A stretch of DNA of 64,000 bases from Octopus sinensis (GCF_006345805.1 NC_043017.1:33604001-33668000), one strand, 5' to 3'; positions 41,353 to 56,226 are shown, counted from the stretch's first letter. Notes: a model not told the origin generated them from the sequence alone. Made by a program: numbers and translations.

Positions 41353-42809
41353 AAGGATTATCATTATTATTTGTGGAATTGTAAACGTGCAAAAAAATTT
41401 GATTTCACTGATAATCCCAAGGAGATAAATAGTGTGATTTGATTTAACCACGCAATTATTTTTGAAACTATACAAAATCAGAAAGACAATCTCTTATAAA
41501 ATAATTGCTAAGATAATTTGTTATTTTGTTTTCGATACCTTCAAGTAAATCTAGAATTAGAAGAAAAAAAACGCAAAAAGGAAATAGTTTCATGTTAATA
41601 ATCAACCCCTTCCCGGATAGGTGAAAATATTTGCAAAAAGTATTCGATAAATTCATTAAAGGGAAACTTCCCCTAAAACAGATTTACGACCAAAAGTTTA
41701 ATTCTTGTACAGGCAAATATTCGCACGCTTATACCCCCAAACCAAGCACACGTAATAGCAGTGTCGAACAGAAGTAAAACTTAATTAGAACTGTAATAGA
41801 TTACTGTCAAATTCCGCTTTAACCCCTAAAAAAGTAATTAGTTGGGAGAACTTATTTCGGGCATGATCCCTTATAACAATTATATAATCTAAGGTATATG
41901 AACGAGCCGTATATTATATTCGTCCTAAACCAGACTTTCTAAAATTTACTCCGTCGCAAATTAACATAGTGTTAATTCTAATATTGGTTTCAACCTTTGG
42001 CACAAGGCCGGTCAGTTCACATCGACTCCCGTGCTCCGCTGATACATATTTTATCGCCCTCGCAAGATAAAATGGCAAAGTCAATCTCGGTGGAATTTGA
42101 ATTTAACGATTTTGCCATTTCGTTGCCTTGGTGTTAATTATGATATTATAATTATAAAATTATAATATATATAATAATATAATATATAATAATATATAAT
42201 ATTATAATTATAATTAATTATAATATTATAATTATAAAATAATTATAATATTGGTTTCCAACACACATATATGAGTGTGGTTACCGCAGCATTTATTCTG
42301 CGATAATTCGTTCGGGGAAGGTTCCCATAAGGACATATAGAATGGCTATGAGGGTCCACTCGACTAAAATAAGGATCGAAAAATTTCATACGTAAAATTA
42401 GTTGAGAAACACTGATTTGTATTTTGCATAAACGCAAACATTAACACGTCGTGTTTGTGTAATTTGTATGTGGTGTGTTGTCTGTGTATGTTTGTATATG
42501 TGTGTGTGCGGGTGTGTGTTTGTGTGCAGGCGCGCTCGTATGTGTCTCCATGTGTGCAGTGTTCATGGTGACATCAATCAGAACAAAATTTAGACCTATT
42601 ATTACAAAATTGGATATGAAATACATTACAAAATAATCAAAACACCAACGTTTTAAGGTCAGGCAAGTGTTTCACAAAAGATGTTGTTTATAAACAAAAG
42701 AGGACGGCCGTGCTGAGTGGAATAATGTTGCTTAATATATATAATTGCTTTTCCTTTTAAATAAATTATCAGTCTAGCGATAAACAGTAAAAGTGTATGT
42801 TATTTCCTA

Positions 42810-42846
<37 letters not shown>

Positions 42847-43004
42847 CATATACATTCATTAGATTATATATGAATACATACACATGTCTATAAATATTCG
42901 TATATATGTATATATCTACCTGTTTCTTTATATTTATATTTGCGTATATACATGTGAATATATACATATACTACATGCATACACACACACACATACACAC
43001 ACAC

Positions 43005-43042
<38 letters not shown>

Positions 43043-43576
43043 ATGTATATATATATATATGTGTGTGTGTGTATGTATGTATGTTTATGCACGCATAAAC
43101 ATGTGTGTGTCTTTAATGGCGTATTCCTTGGGAAGTCCCCTACTGTAATTTATTGTGCAAGAAACTAGGAAAGAACCATATTGAGCTAACATGCAGCTGG
43201 AAATTATTCATACATTGAAGTCTCGATCCATTCAATAATTTGAAATATTATCCAATGGAGAAGGAATCAGCAAACCGAATGTCATGTTGGACTAAAATGC
43301 AAACCGTTTCCCAAGAACATGTAAACAAAGATTAATTTTAATCATCGTTTGAATGAATCAATTGTAGCGTGTGTTCACAGTCCTTGTTGGGTAATTTGTG
43401 TAGTCATGCAATCTCTATATCTGCTCCCAGTGTTTAGTTGTTAGTGCATATATGTCGTGAAAATTATGCTCAATTTTTATGAAACGCTAACTTAATATTC
43501 GTTGTATATCTTGGGTACTGCTTATACTTCTTTAAAATAGGTTTTGTAGATTTATGCAAACTATTCATATTTTATT

Positions 43577-43810
43577 GTGTATGGGGAGAGTCATTTTTTG
43601 TGCCTTATTATGTAAAACACTGACTTGTAAAATTTCCACGTTTTTCTTATTTTTATTGTCCTAAAATTTTCGTTGCGTCTTTTCAATAGTTTAGTGTGTT
43701 ACATAATAATAAGACACAAAAAGAAAATGGCTCTCCCCAGACACAATAGAATATGCTTCAACACACGAACTCATATAAAGAATTTTGCAAACCAGATCCC
43801 AATACGAAAT
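43577..43810 (+). mobile_element. Uninterrupted hairpin+tail element, family P3
   Basis: Arms about 43577-43622 and 43692-43745; tail GCTTCAACACACGAACTCATATAAAGAA shared with 30765 ff. Confidence 0.7.
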
Positions 43811-45233
43811 ATTCATATTTTATATCATTACTAAGTAATAATTCGGTATCAACTTAGTTGTCTTTGTGTTTGCAATCATTAATATAGGAGTTTCACATAT
43901 CTTTCTCATTCATGAATATTCTGTTTAATTAGAAAACGGTAAAATGTAAAGTAGTTCTCATATGATGGGGTTGAATTTAAAGCAGGAAATATATACAAAG
44001 CTAATGACTGGAACTGGAACCTACAGAATGCTAAACAATGGAGAATGGACCTGTAATAAGCATTGACTAAAATGAAATTGTGAAGGTGGACATGATTCGT
44101 TTAAAAATATATGGATTTTTCAATGAAACCTGGGGAAAATGGAATTAATAGAAAGGTAATAGAGGAAAGAAAAAATAATACAAGAAAACTAAAGCTGAAA
44201 ATCTTGGATAAAAAATAACACCAATTATAATCATTTTAATTTCCAATTATTTCCATTTCCCAAAATTAATTGAAGCAAGAATAAAACGAAAGAAGTAACA
44301 AAAGAAAGAGTGAGCATAAAGAAATCCGAAGAGCAACTGTGTGCGTAGGTCATAATGTCGCAGTCAGTTTCATGTTGAGAATTATTGAAATTCTTGTAAA
44401 CTACTGGACACAGATTTTCCAACATTCATTCTTTGTTTTCTGTACTTTTTTTTTGTTGTCCTTTAAATCAGTATTTTCTAGTAATTGCTCAGATAGAATC
44501 AGAAATTGCAGAAATCTCACTTCAGTAATTTTTTTTTTTTTGGAAACTTAAATTTAATTAGAAATTTAAAGTGTAATAATAACACCAATATTGATTTCTT
44601 ACACAGGAAACACTCCAGACATTTTAAGAGGTAACTTTCGGTAATAGTTTTCTCTTGTTCTACCCTCACACTTGATTTTATCGATCTCAAAAGGATGAGA
44701 TGTGACTTCGCAAGACATTCAGGGCTTCACTACGTCAATGAAATGTGTCTGATTCTCTCACCATTACACTCTTCTAACACTGTAACAATAATAATAAATG
44801 TGTCTAATTTTAGACAAAAAACAACAATATTTAAGAGAGGAGTTAAGCAGATTATATCGATACCAATGTATTCTGGTATTTTATATTATTCATCTCGAAA
44901 GCATGAAAACCACATTGGCAAAAATGTTCAAGGACTTTTTTCCGATGCCCAATTTTTTTCTGCTAATAAACAGCCAATGCTAAAATAGTAATCCTCTCTA
45001 TGGCTGGGATTAAATCCATTAACTCTCAATATTCTTTCAACAAATGGACAGGACCACTGCACTTCTTTCCCACACCATCTTCCTCTGCAAGAGAATATTC
45101 AGACATTGGCCAAAATTCTTGTTTCGCCGATATCTGTCCCATCCAAACTTAGCTGCCTGTCATTGCATCGGAAACCCTTCTTGTAGAATTACCCCAAGCC
45201 AGCTGCAGCTATATATACACACACATACATATT

Positions 45234-45355
<122 letters not shown>

Positions 45356-45599
45356 AAGAAAGAGATAACTGCTCAGGGTATAATTATACTTAAGGGCGTA
45401 AAACCTATTATGCCTATATGCTGAAAGAACGCGTCGAATACATCCTGTCACTTTTGTATCATTGAGTATAATTATACCCTATAAAGTTATATATCTCAAT
45501 AAATGTATTTACCTAAAAGATTTTTATATGTTGGCCATTGATAAAATTAATTAATTTTAATGATTTTATCCTCTAAATACGTTTTATATATATATATAC

Positions 45600-46015
45600 T
45601 CTTTACTCTTTACTCTTTTACTTGTTTCAGCCATTTGACTGCGGCCATGCTGGAGTACCGACTTTAGTCGAGCAAATCGACCCTAGGACTTATTCTTTTG
45701 TAAGCCCAGTACTTATTCTATCGGTCTCTTTTGCCGAACCGCCATATGACGGGGGCGTAAACACACCAGCATCGGTTGTCAAGCAATGTTGGGGGGACAA
45801 ACACAGACACACAAGCACACACATACACATATATATATATATATATACATATATACGACGGGCTTCTTTTCAGTTTCCGTCTACCAAATCCACTCACAAG
45901 GCTTTGGTCGGCCCGAGGCTATAGTAGAAGACACTTGCCCAAGGTGCCACGCAGTGGGACTGAACCCGGAGCTATGTGGTTGGTAAACAAGCTACTTACC
46001 ACACAGCCATTCCTA
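45600..46015 (-). mobile_element. Full-length SINE-A
   Basis: Reverse complement of 31066-31470. Confidence 0.92.
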
Positions 46016-46271
46016 TACATGAGCGTGGGTGTGTGTGTGTGCATGTATATACAGACCCAGCGTTGCGTGATGTTCTTGAGCAAAACACTCATTTGTCTGC
46101 GATCATTTCGTCATGTAGCACGTAATGCACGTGCACAGGAAATGTCGATTTGATGGCGGAAGTGAGATTATATGATGAGAAACATTTCATCACTATGAAC
46201 AAGTCATCTGTGTGATTGTTCAGTAAGAGATTGCAGAACCGTCATACGTCGTCTAACGACGGAAGAATCTA

Positions 46272-46669
46272 TGATGTGTGGTGGATGGAAGCACTCCGTC
46301 GGTTACGACGACGAGGGTTCCGGTTGATCCGATCAACGGAACAGCCTGCTCGTGAAATTAACGTGTAAGTGGCTGAGCACTCCACAGACAAGTGTACCCT
46401 TAACGTAGTTCTCGGGGATATTCAGCGTGACACAGAGAGTGACAAGGTCGTCCCTTTGAAATACAGGTACAACAGAAACAGGAAGTAAGAGTGAGAGAAA
46501 GTTGTGGTGAAAGAGTACAGAAGGGATCACCACCATCCCCTGCCGGAGCCTCATGGAGCTTCAGGTGTTTTCGCTCAATAAACACTCACAACGCCCGGTC
46601 TGGGAATCGAAACCGCGATCCTACGACCGCGATTCCGCTGCTCTAACCACTGGGCCATTGCGCCTCCAC
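46272..46669 (-). mobile_element. tRNA-derived SINE (family SINE-E)
   Basis: Head TGTGGAGGCGCAATGGCCCAGTGGTTAGAGCAGCGG...GGTTTCGATTCCCAG with A and B boxes, followed by a ~330-bp non-tRNA body. Confidence 0.75.
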
Positions 46670-47180
46670 AGTGATTTGGCAAAATGGTTAGCATGCCGGG
46701 CAAAATTATTATCAGTGGCATTTCGAATCGCTTTACGGTCAGAGATCAAATCCCATTCATGTAGACTTTGCTTTTCATCCTTTTGTAGTGAATACGATAA
46801 GTACCAGTTGAACACTGGAGTGAGATGTACTCGACTTAGCTTTCCGTCGAAATTGCTAGCATAGTGCCAAAATTTTAAACCACTATTTGTTAGGACCACA
46901 CTGTGTGTGTGTCTGTGTGTGTATGTGTGTGCGTTGTTGTGTGTGTTTGTGTGTGTTTATGCGCACGAGTTTGTGCTTATATACAGTTGCATATGCATGT
47001 ATCTTCAATGAAATGCTAATAAATCGTTGCTTTGGACGAGCTCCTTGCGGTCATTATTATTCCTTGCCGGAAGTAAATCAGTCGATAAATATAAATGGAT
47101 TCACTAAACCAGAATTTGTTAAGACCACACACGAAACTGATGCATCAGTATAGCTGCTATCGAATGACATGAATGAATGA

Positions 47181-47212
<32 letters not shown>

Positions 47213-47321
47213 GTACGTGGGGTTCGAACCATAATGTGTTTAGTAAGATGAGATTTTTACAAGAAACAAAGTAAACTGTATGGAATTTTGTGACAACATT
47301 GAATAGCACAACAAAAACAAC

Positions 47322-47491
47322 CACTACTACTACTACTACTACTACTACATTCTACTACTACTACATTCTACTACTACTACATTCTACTACATTCTACTAC
47401 TACTACTACTACTACTACTACGACCACTACTACTACTACGACGACGACGACCGCTACTACTACTACAACGACCACTACTACTACTACAACG

Positions 47492-47524
<33 letters not shown>

Positions 47525-47590
47525 GCTGCTACTACTACATTCTACTACTACTACTACTACTAAACAACTACTACTATTACTACTACTACT
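47322..47590. repeat. (CTA)n compound trinucleotide repeat
   Basis: Direct reading. Confidence 0.95.
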
Positions 47591-47979
47591 TAAATTTCTA
47601 CCAACTACCTGAAGTATTTCAAGCTTTTACCATATTACTTTCAAAAGATGTAGTTCTGATGTAGTTTTTGCATGCCGATGACGAAAATAACGTTCATTTT
47701 TTTCTTTTTATTATTTCATCTTTAGAAATTAAGTATAAAGAAATTTCAAGAATTCAAAGTTATGTAATTTGAGCCAATCATAAGCCTCCAATCTGGTGAA
47801 AATTTTAATCTGGGGAAATATTTTAAGTAGTTGGAAAAAAAAATTAGAGAGATCCATTATTAAAACTGATGCTGCTACTACTACTACTTCTGCTGCTGCT
47901 GCTACTACTACTACACACTTCTGCTACTGCAGCTGCTACTGTTGTTACTACTACTACTGCTGCCTCTGCCGCCACCGCG

Positions 47980-48186
47980 GCTGCTGCTGAGTCGTTAGCA
48001 CTGTGAGAAAAATTCTTAGCGACATTTCGCCTGTCCTTAGGTTCTTAGTTCAAATTCCGCCGAGGTCGACTTTCCCTTTCATCCCTCGGCGCCGATAAAA
48101 TAAGTACTAGTTGAATACTGGGTCCGTATCAATCGACTTACATCGTTTCCGAGATTGCCAGCTTTGTGCCCGAATATTCCAAACCA
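47980..48186 (+). mobile_element. Diverged SINE-B
   Basis: GTTCAAATTCCGCCGAGGTCGACTTTCCCTTTCATCC. Confidence 0.7.
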
Positions 48187-49084
48187 ATCTGACTGCTGCT
48201 ATTCCTCCCTATCCAGTCCTATTACTACTACCACCATCACCACCATCACCACCACCACCATAACTACCATTACTATCTGAACTATTACTAAACTTGCTGC
48301 TTTTAAGTGGTTCTTGCTTTGGCATAAAGCCATTCGCTTGATAGGATGTAATCACTATAGGATATTGAATCGATATGAGAATATGACTGCACTATTTTTA
48401 TCGAACAGATAAAACGTGATATGCAAATTCAACGCCTTTCAATTTACGGAATTAAATCCTGAAAATCGCTTTTTTTCCCCAGTGTTTCATTAGTTTTGCT
48501 GGTAACACTGTTTTTATTTCTTGGCTTTGTAGCTTATTTCCAATAGGATTAGGTCCCGGGATTGTTTGGTTAATTGTAATAGAATTTGACCAAATTGCTT
48601 ATGCAAATTTCATAAAACTTGTTACAAGGTCATTTCAACTATTAGATATAATTTATCGACTGTAAGAGCGAAATCAGTCGGGAAATTCTGTTAAACAAGA
48701 TCCTTATAAATATTCCCCTTAAATGAAGATAATGGAGAAAAAGATGAACGCATGAAAACTAGTTTTAAGATAAGGAGGCATACACGATTGTTGTCAGATG
48801 TTGGCTGTGAAAATAAATATAGCTTTTAAGAAAATATGGTAGAAAAGAATATTCTAAAGTCATGAAAGATATATCTATAAGATATATCTATAAACGCGGT
48901 TATTTCCGTTAAGACTAATAATTCATAGTAAGCGCGAATTATCTCCATTTCGCCTCTCAAGTTTTTAATTTCAGGAATGGGAAAATGCATATAATCTTTT
49001 CTGTTGTCCCAACTCGAAGAACAAATATGATGCATAAAATACACAAAATTCAGTCTTTCTTTCTCTTTCCCTCTCTCTTTCGCT

Positions 49085-49115
<31 letters not shown>

Positions 49116-49517
49116 CTCTTTTTACTCTTTTACTTGTTTCAGTCATTTGACTGCGGCCATACTGGAGCACCGCCTTTAGTCGATCAAATCGACCCCGGAA
49201 CTTATTCTTTGTAAGCCCAGTACTTATTCTATCGGTCTCTTTTGCGAACCGCTAAATGGCGGGGACGTAGACACACCAGCATCGGTTGTCAAGCAATGCT
49301 AGGGGGACAAACACAGAAACACAAACACACACACACACATATATATATATATACATATATACGACAGGCTTCTTTCAGTTTCCGTCTACCAAATCCACTC
49401 ACAAGGCATTGGTCGGCCCGGGGCTATAGCAGAAGACACTCGCCCAAGATGCCACGCAGTGGGACTGAACCCGCAACCATGTGGTTGGTCAGCAAGCTAC
49501 TTACCACACAGCCACTC
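49116..49517 (-). mobile_element. Full-length SINE-A
   Basis: Reverse complement of 31066-31470. Confidence 0.92.
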
Positions 49518-49548
<31 letters not shown>

Positions 49549-49555
49549 ATATTTT

Positions 49556-50158
49556 ATTTATTATACAGAAGGAGCTTCTACAGGACTAGAACTGTTTCAT
49601 TCAAAAGAAATCATCAGGAAGCTAGTTGACAAGAGTTGTTTTGGCATTTATACATTTAGGCAGGTTTAAGGGGTGGTGGTGGGGGACTTTTTGGGGGTAG
49701 GCATGGCGCAAAACTATCATTATTTAGGGGAGTGGTCAAAGGAATCGGTGGTAAAGTAGATAAAAGAATAAACAAAAGAATAAAAGAATAAATAGAAAAA
49801 TAGAGTTTTAGGTAAATAAGGAGTCTCCTTATTTACCTAAAACTCTATTTTTCTATTTATTCTTTTATTCTTTTGTTTATTCTTTTATCTACTTTACCAC
49901 CGATTCCTTTGACCACTCCCCTAAGGAATGATAGTTTTGCGCCATGCCTACCCCCAAAAAGTCCCCCACCACCACCCCTTTAAACCTGCCTAAATGTATA
50001 AATGCCAAAACAACTCTTGTCAACTAGCTTCCTGATGATTTCTTTTAAATGAAACAGTTCTAGTCCTGTAGAAGCTCCCTCTATATAATAAATTAATTTA
50101 CTCTGCTATGTATTGAGTACCTTATTTACTGTGGTTAACCCCGACTCAACCCGGGACC

Positions 50159-50162
<4 letters not shown>
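49556..50162 (+). mobile_element. Hairpin+tail element, family P4 (~268-bp arms, 1-nt loop)
   Basis: Centre GGAG-T-CTCC at 49824; tail 50094-50162; (TA)n flanks. Confidence 0.92.
50026..50076 (+). ncRNA. Hammerhead ribozyme motif (mirror copy at 49573-49623, minus strand)
   Basis: AGCTTC-CTGATGA-tttctttt(g/a)aat-GAAACAG ttctagtc CTGTA-GAAGCT: 6-bp stem I, 4-bp stem III, GUA; weak stem II. Confidence 0.6.
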
Positions 50163-50249
<87 letters not shown>

Positions 50250-50289
50250 TATATATATTTATATATGGTCAGTTCAAATAATCGATTGA

Positions 50290-50450
50290 AATAAACGAAT
50301 AATAAAATTAAGGGACATCAAGGGGATGTGCTCACAAGGAATGTATTAGTTTAACGCTCGGTAAGAAGAGAGATTTTGACGTTTCGAACGTGCCTCTTCG
50401 TCGGAGAGGAAAAAGGGAAAGTCCAAAGAAGGAAAAGGAATCGCAAACAT
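50290..50450 (-). mobile_element. Degenerate P5-like element with hammerhead relic (50374-50408)
   Basis: Minus strand CCGACGA-agaggcacgttc-GAAAC-GTC. Confidence 0.45.
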
Positions 50451-51849
50451 GTAGTTACATAAGTATGTGTGTATATGTGCGTGCACGTACGAGTGTTTGT
50501 ATACATGTAGATATGTATATTTGTTTGCACATCATCAATTGGTAAACAATAAGATTGTGGTGAGAAGTAGAATTTGAGTATTGAAACAAATTGTGAGACA
50601 AGTGTGATAGAAACGGATGGAGGGAAAATGTTATAATAAACATGAAAGAATCCTAATAAGAGGCAAAATATATAAGTCTATGTTCATGTTCAGTTTGTTG
50701 ATGGTAGCGGTCCCTAGATCCGAAAAAAAAATGCTTTTTATATTCCCTGTAATTATCACAATCTCTGCTCTGTGGATTTTCCCTTTGTCCCTTTTGCCCG
50801 TTTCCCCTTTCGATGAATTTCTTATTTAATACTATCCTTTGAATGTTTGGCATCCAATATTGTGTATATGTTTAAATAAGTAATTTCCGATTGTAAAATC
50901 TTGCATATATTTTTCTTTCGTAAGGCTCTCAGTAAGTTTTAAGTGCCACTCTAGCCTGCAATATATTTAGAGACGGTCTCCACCATCAATTATGGTATCT
51001 GTCTTAGAGTATTTAGGTTTTGTAGATGTCATGTTTTACTACTCATTCCAATAGTACACCCAGGGACAACTGCAACGAGGTCATAGAGTGCATTTTGACA
51101 AGCGTCTACGATTTTTATTCTGCAGATTTTCAATTAAGCTACAGACTTCGTTACCTAGACTGATTCAATATTAATTTTCGCACTGTATAAATAGATTTTG
51201 CTTCTGCTCATGTATGGTGACGGTACTCCAGTGTTTTTTTTCATTTTACACACTAATTAGTGACTTCCAGTTTCAGTAACTAGAAATAACAGGAGAGTTG
51301 TCTTCGGTGTTTTTGACGTTAGACAGATAATTAAAAAATCATATATTCTTTTGACCTATCATTCGTCTATGCCACTTAATTAATTTTTCTGTGTTTACAT
51401 CATTAAACTCTGCTTAGTAAATGATGGCTTTTATGTCAGATTATCAGCACAGAGAGTGATACTGAATTTCTAAAATGAGGTACCTTCAGATGTACTTGTG
51501 ATTCTACATAATATGTTTGTACTCATGCAACTTTAATTGAACTTAAAATTTACTTTAACTAAGCTTATGCACTAGGGCTTTAGGCAAAAGCTTAACTTCC
51601 AAGTTCTAAAAATGCACTGCCATATATAGTCATCGAAATTGAGTTAGAAGAAAATTGCAAATGAAAAGAGGTGCAGCAAAATTTGTGCCTTGATTGCTCA
51701 CGGAAGATCAAGAACTGTGACAACAGAATGCGGGTCGTGAACTGAAAGAACAGTTGACAGTTGATCCGGATTTCTTTTTCTTTTTTGTTTTGTGAAGGTC
51801 ATTGGTGACGAAGGCTGGTGCTACGGATTTTGCAGATGTGGAAGATGTG

Positions 51850-52000
51850 AAGAAAAAAAAACTATTGATACCTTTTAACGAGTGTTAAAAGGCATCACTT
51901 GGCAACAGTTCCAGCGCTGCGTTGAACAGTGGAGAACGCGTCTGGACCAAGGCATTGCTTCAAATGAAGAATACTTCGAAGGCGATAAAAGTGTAAACAT
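51850..52000 (+). pseudogene. Mariner transposase C-terminal relic
   Basis: WQQFQRCVEQWRTRLDQGIASNEEYFEGD resembles the mariner C-terminal RW..CI...GEYFE pattern. Confidence 0.45.
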
Positions 52001-54351
52001 TGCAAAATTCCGGTTTCTTTTGCGTAGGCCCTGGTAGTATTACTGAAGACATTTCGGAAACTGTAAGAATACAACTGCATTAAGAAGAGAAGGAGGTATA
52101 TAATGTCTTGTATCTAGATGAGGATATCATATTAAAATCTGTGTGTGGGTGGAAACATTTTCTATAATTGTATAATGTCTAGCAACGAAACAAGTTAAAC
52201 GTAAGGTTCAACAGCGGAGCCGTTATTTTCTTAGATTAGAAAAATGGGAGAATTGGGAATTAGAACGTCGGTCTAGCAAATCTTCAGTAAACTTAATTGT
52301 ACTCTAGTTCCAAATATATGAGTACTGAACCGCCAAACGTTGTATATCATTCAACTGGATGCATTACCACAGTGAATTACAAGTGTTTTCTCAGATGAGG
52401 CAATCAACCACAGACCTTCCAATTACTATGAAACCATTTTACCAATTTGGCAAGCTGTAATTATACTTGTAAATTATTAAATTATGCAGTAATCCACTTG
52501 AAATATCATCAAAAATCAGTAGCCAGAATTTATCAAAATTAATTTCTTTCTTTCTATTGCGGAATGTTTGCGGGTAACAAAATTAAGATAAATCTAATTA
52601 TTACGTCAATTATACTCAATAAAGAAAATGTAATTAAGGAAATGAAGATACATCACCATATGTTTTATGTGTGAGAAGAATAAATGATGAGAGAGGTGCC
52701 ATAGTCGCAATGTTGTTATACATGGTACCATAAACAACGCTAATGTGCTGCACAAATTACCGGCAAATGGTGATGTAGACAAAAAAAATATTTGTAACAT
52801 TCTTTTTAGTTACGCCTTGGAGGTCCCAAAGGATTTGAATTCGTTTTTCCTCATTTAGTCATCGATTAACTTGTCATAACACGATTATTTGATTGGTGCA
52901 AATTATTGCGCCCATCCTATTCCATAGTTGGTCCTCTGCAAGTAGAAACCAATCAATAATCCTTCAAGGCTATTAGTTAACAGAATACTTAACCGGAATG
53001 AAACGGTGTAGTAGCCAATAGTTAAGCAGCAAAATATAAATGTTAAACTATGATCGACTTCCATAAACTGATTATTTTACATATTCACTTGTATTTTACT
53101 TTTTCCTATCAAAGTGTGTTGAACCATTTAAAGCTGCATAAAACAAACGCCAAAATATTACTCAAATGTAAAATTCACTGAAATAAAAAGTAAAAATATC
53201 AAAGGAAAGATATTTACAAGCAAAGTTTTATTTCAAATTAACTTATCGAATCGTAACAGAGTGGTGCTATTACATAATTTTGTTTGTTTTTAGTAATTTA
53301 AAATTGAAATTGAAATCATTCAAAGATGTGTTTTAGAGGAAGCGATGTTTCGAGAGTGAGTATTGTCTTACAAACAACCAGTGTGTGAGTTCAAATACTA
53401 AGAACGCGTAACATGTTACTTTTTGTATGTAGTTCATATACGAATATGATTTTTGATAGATTGCCTACCCTAAACAAATATACTTCATCCGTAAAATCAA
53501 AGCGAGGTCTCAGCTCTAAGGTTTATCTCAAAATATCGGAGATATTCTATTTTACTGCAGTCTTCTTTATTTCGTTTTCCCTTTAAGTTATATAATTGGT
53601 ACGTGATTTTAAAGACGCCATTCTAAAACACGGCATCTCATCTCGTGGAAACCTGACAACAATTGTTCATTGTATATTAATATGAAGTTTGAGATTCATT
53701 GTATAGAATTTAAAAAGAATATCAACAGTACATAATATATTATTGAAATATGTATATGATTTACTAATGTTGCTCTATATCTATAAAGAATAGAAAGATA
53801 GAAACTGTCGGCAGTTTACATTTACGTAAATTAAAATGGAATAAAAGCGAGTTAAAGCGAATTGTAAACTAGACAACACATCGCGCTTCCTACTTGAATC
53901 ATAACAAAACTCTTTGTCTTGTTGCATATAAGAATTAAAATTGAGATAATTTATTTAATGATTATGAACAATATGTCACCATTTCTAAAAGAAATCCCTC
54001 AATATCAGGCGTATCCAATTAATTGACAATTTGCTCGCTCTAAGAAATTAAAATCCATTCAAGTTGAAATATAATTGCAAACCTGTAGATATCATAAAAG
54101 ACGTTTATCGCATTAATACGATCTTAATGACATAAAACTCACATAGTCACGCATGCATAGACACGCACGCACACACACACGCACACACGCACACACATGC
54201 ACACACACACACACACACAGATAAATATATTGATAGATATATGGATATTTACATATATACATAAATATCGTGTAGATTCATATTAAACGTAAATCTAATT
54301 TGCACTATACAAATAATGTGTATATAGGCACGCACATATACATATTCATAT

Positions 54352-54383
<32 letters not shown>

Positions 54384-55734
54384 TGTATGTATGTATGTAT
54401 GTATGTTTGTATGTATGTATATACATCCATATATACATCTATTAACATATACATCTATTAATGCGCTTAGCAATATAGGCAATTCGATAGAGATAATGGT
54501 CGGAGGCATATAACCTCTTTGCTAATGGGAGTAAGAAATCCAGTCTTGGTCAACATGGTGACAGAAATTACCGTTAAAACGTGATTCTTCGAAGCGAAAA
54601 CCAACCGAAAGATTTTGAAGCACGATTAAATAACCATCGGTCCTTCTTTAGGATCCCAGAGAGGCGCCAAAAACATATGGCGTTTAAAAGAAAAGAAAAG
54701 TTTATACAGGATTAAATAGAAGCTCCTTGAACACCCAAAATGATAACTCAATGGAAGCAAACTTTTCGAAATTTGCTTCAAGAAAATTTGTGTTGAAGAC
54801 ATGGATTTCCCGCTCTCCGATTAGGGAAATGAAAAATTGCGTCACTTGACGTTTTCGGACACAACTAGAACCGTTCGAAGGGGGATGACTCCATCTCGTT
54901 TACAAGGTGTTTTCACTTCGGAGAATTTCGTTTCAGGCCAGTATGCTGACCAAGACCCCATTTAGTAAAGATATGCGCGTCCGGCCAACAGGTCTAGTGG
55001 ATCGTTTATATAGCCAAGAACAATAATAGACGTGGAACCAATGGTAACTTTCTAACCGGCCGTAACCAAAGACTATCAAAAGAAGCACTGCTCATAAAAC
55101 GAAATCAGAGTGTGCTTTCTTCGGACTTATTAACAACTGGCAATTATATATATATCACTCAGTCTTTTTCCCCTCATCGTTTCTCCCCCACTGTTAAAAA
55201 TAAAAATAATAGAATATATCGAACGTATAATGTTAATTTTAAAGAATTATGAGGCTTTCATGGTGCTACCAATATTTCTTCACTTCTTTTCTTCACTGTG
55301 AAGAGAGTAAGAAAAAAAAAACGAAAAGAAAATCGATCGTATATAATCCCTAAATGTTTTAGGTGAATAGACCATCTAGTTTCATGATCCCAAGTTACGT
55401 TTTATTGATAAGTTCTAATAAGAGCGAAATGATGTTATCTGCAGCTACTATGACATCCTAAACGGCAGAAATATAAAGAGAAATAAAAATAAATTATATG
55501 GAAATCTTCTTTCATGTTCTCTTACTCATAAACTATCGCATAATGATAAAGCAACATATATATATATATATACAAACCCTGAGCATATCTCACCTCTGAA
55601 GGAAAGTTTCTCCCTCCTTTCTATTTCTTACCAAACTCTCTCTCTCTCTTTTTCTCCCCGCGTCTCACTCTGAAAGCAACCGTAGGTGGTAGCGCCAACA
55701 GTCGCCAGTCAAATTTCAGAAGTATGTATACATA

Positions 55735-55925
55735 GGGAGAGTTTACGAAAAAAACAAAAGACGAAGACAGGTGGTGTACAAAACAAACAGATGTATTAGC
55801 ATAATGCTCAGGAATAGAGAAAGTCTTTTACGTTTCGAGCCTACGCTCTTCTACAGAAAGGGACACAGAAAAAGCAAGGAGAGAAACAAGGAGAGAAAAA
55901 ATGTGTGTAGTGGCTAGCGATCTAT
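55735..55925 (-). mobile_element. P5 element with complete hammerhead-like motif (55825-55860)
   Basis: CTTT-CTGTAGA-a-GAGC gtag GCTC-GAAAC-GTA-AAAG; matches 11070-11190. Confidence 0.7.
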
Positions 55926-56189
55926 CAGGGCTATTGATACACCAGTGGCTTCTTAATCTAGATCAAATTATAAATACAATCTTATACACGTATATGTATG
56001 TAAGTATATGTATTGATATATTCGAAGATGTGGGTTCGCCAGTCGGTTCTCTGAAAGGTAAAGACGTGAAGCTTGAGTCTCGAATTTGAAAAGACCGTAA
56101 ATTTCATGCATCAGCATTTGTTTGACCTCTTTTGTTCATTCAACATTTCTCTCTCACACACACCCTCTTTCCCTCTCTCAGCTTACTTA

Positions 56190-56226
<37 letters not shown>

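Noticed and set aside
46590-46669. tRNA gene (also at 22436, 31066 and 21422)
   Set aside because: A and B boxes are present but there is no complete acceptor stem, and each continues into a SINE or TE body
50450-51200. Possible degenerate PLE body next to the hammerhead relic
   Set aside because: No convincing peptide motif recovered by eye
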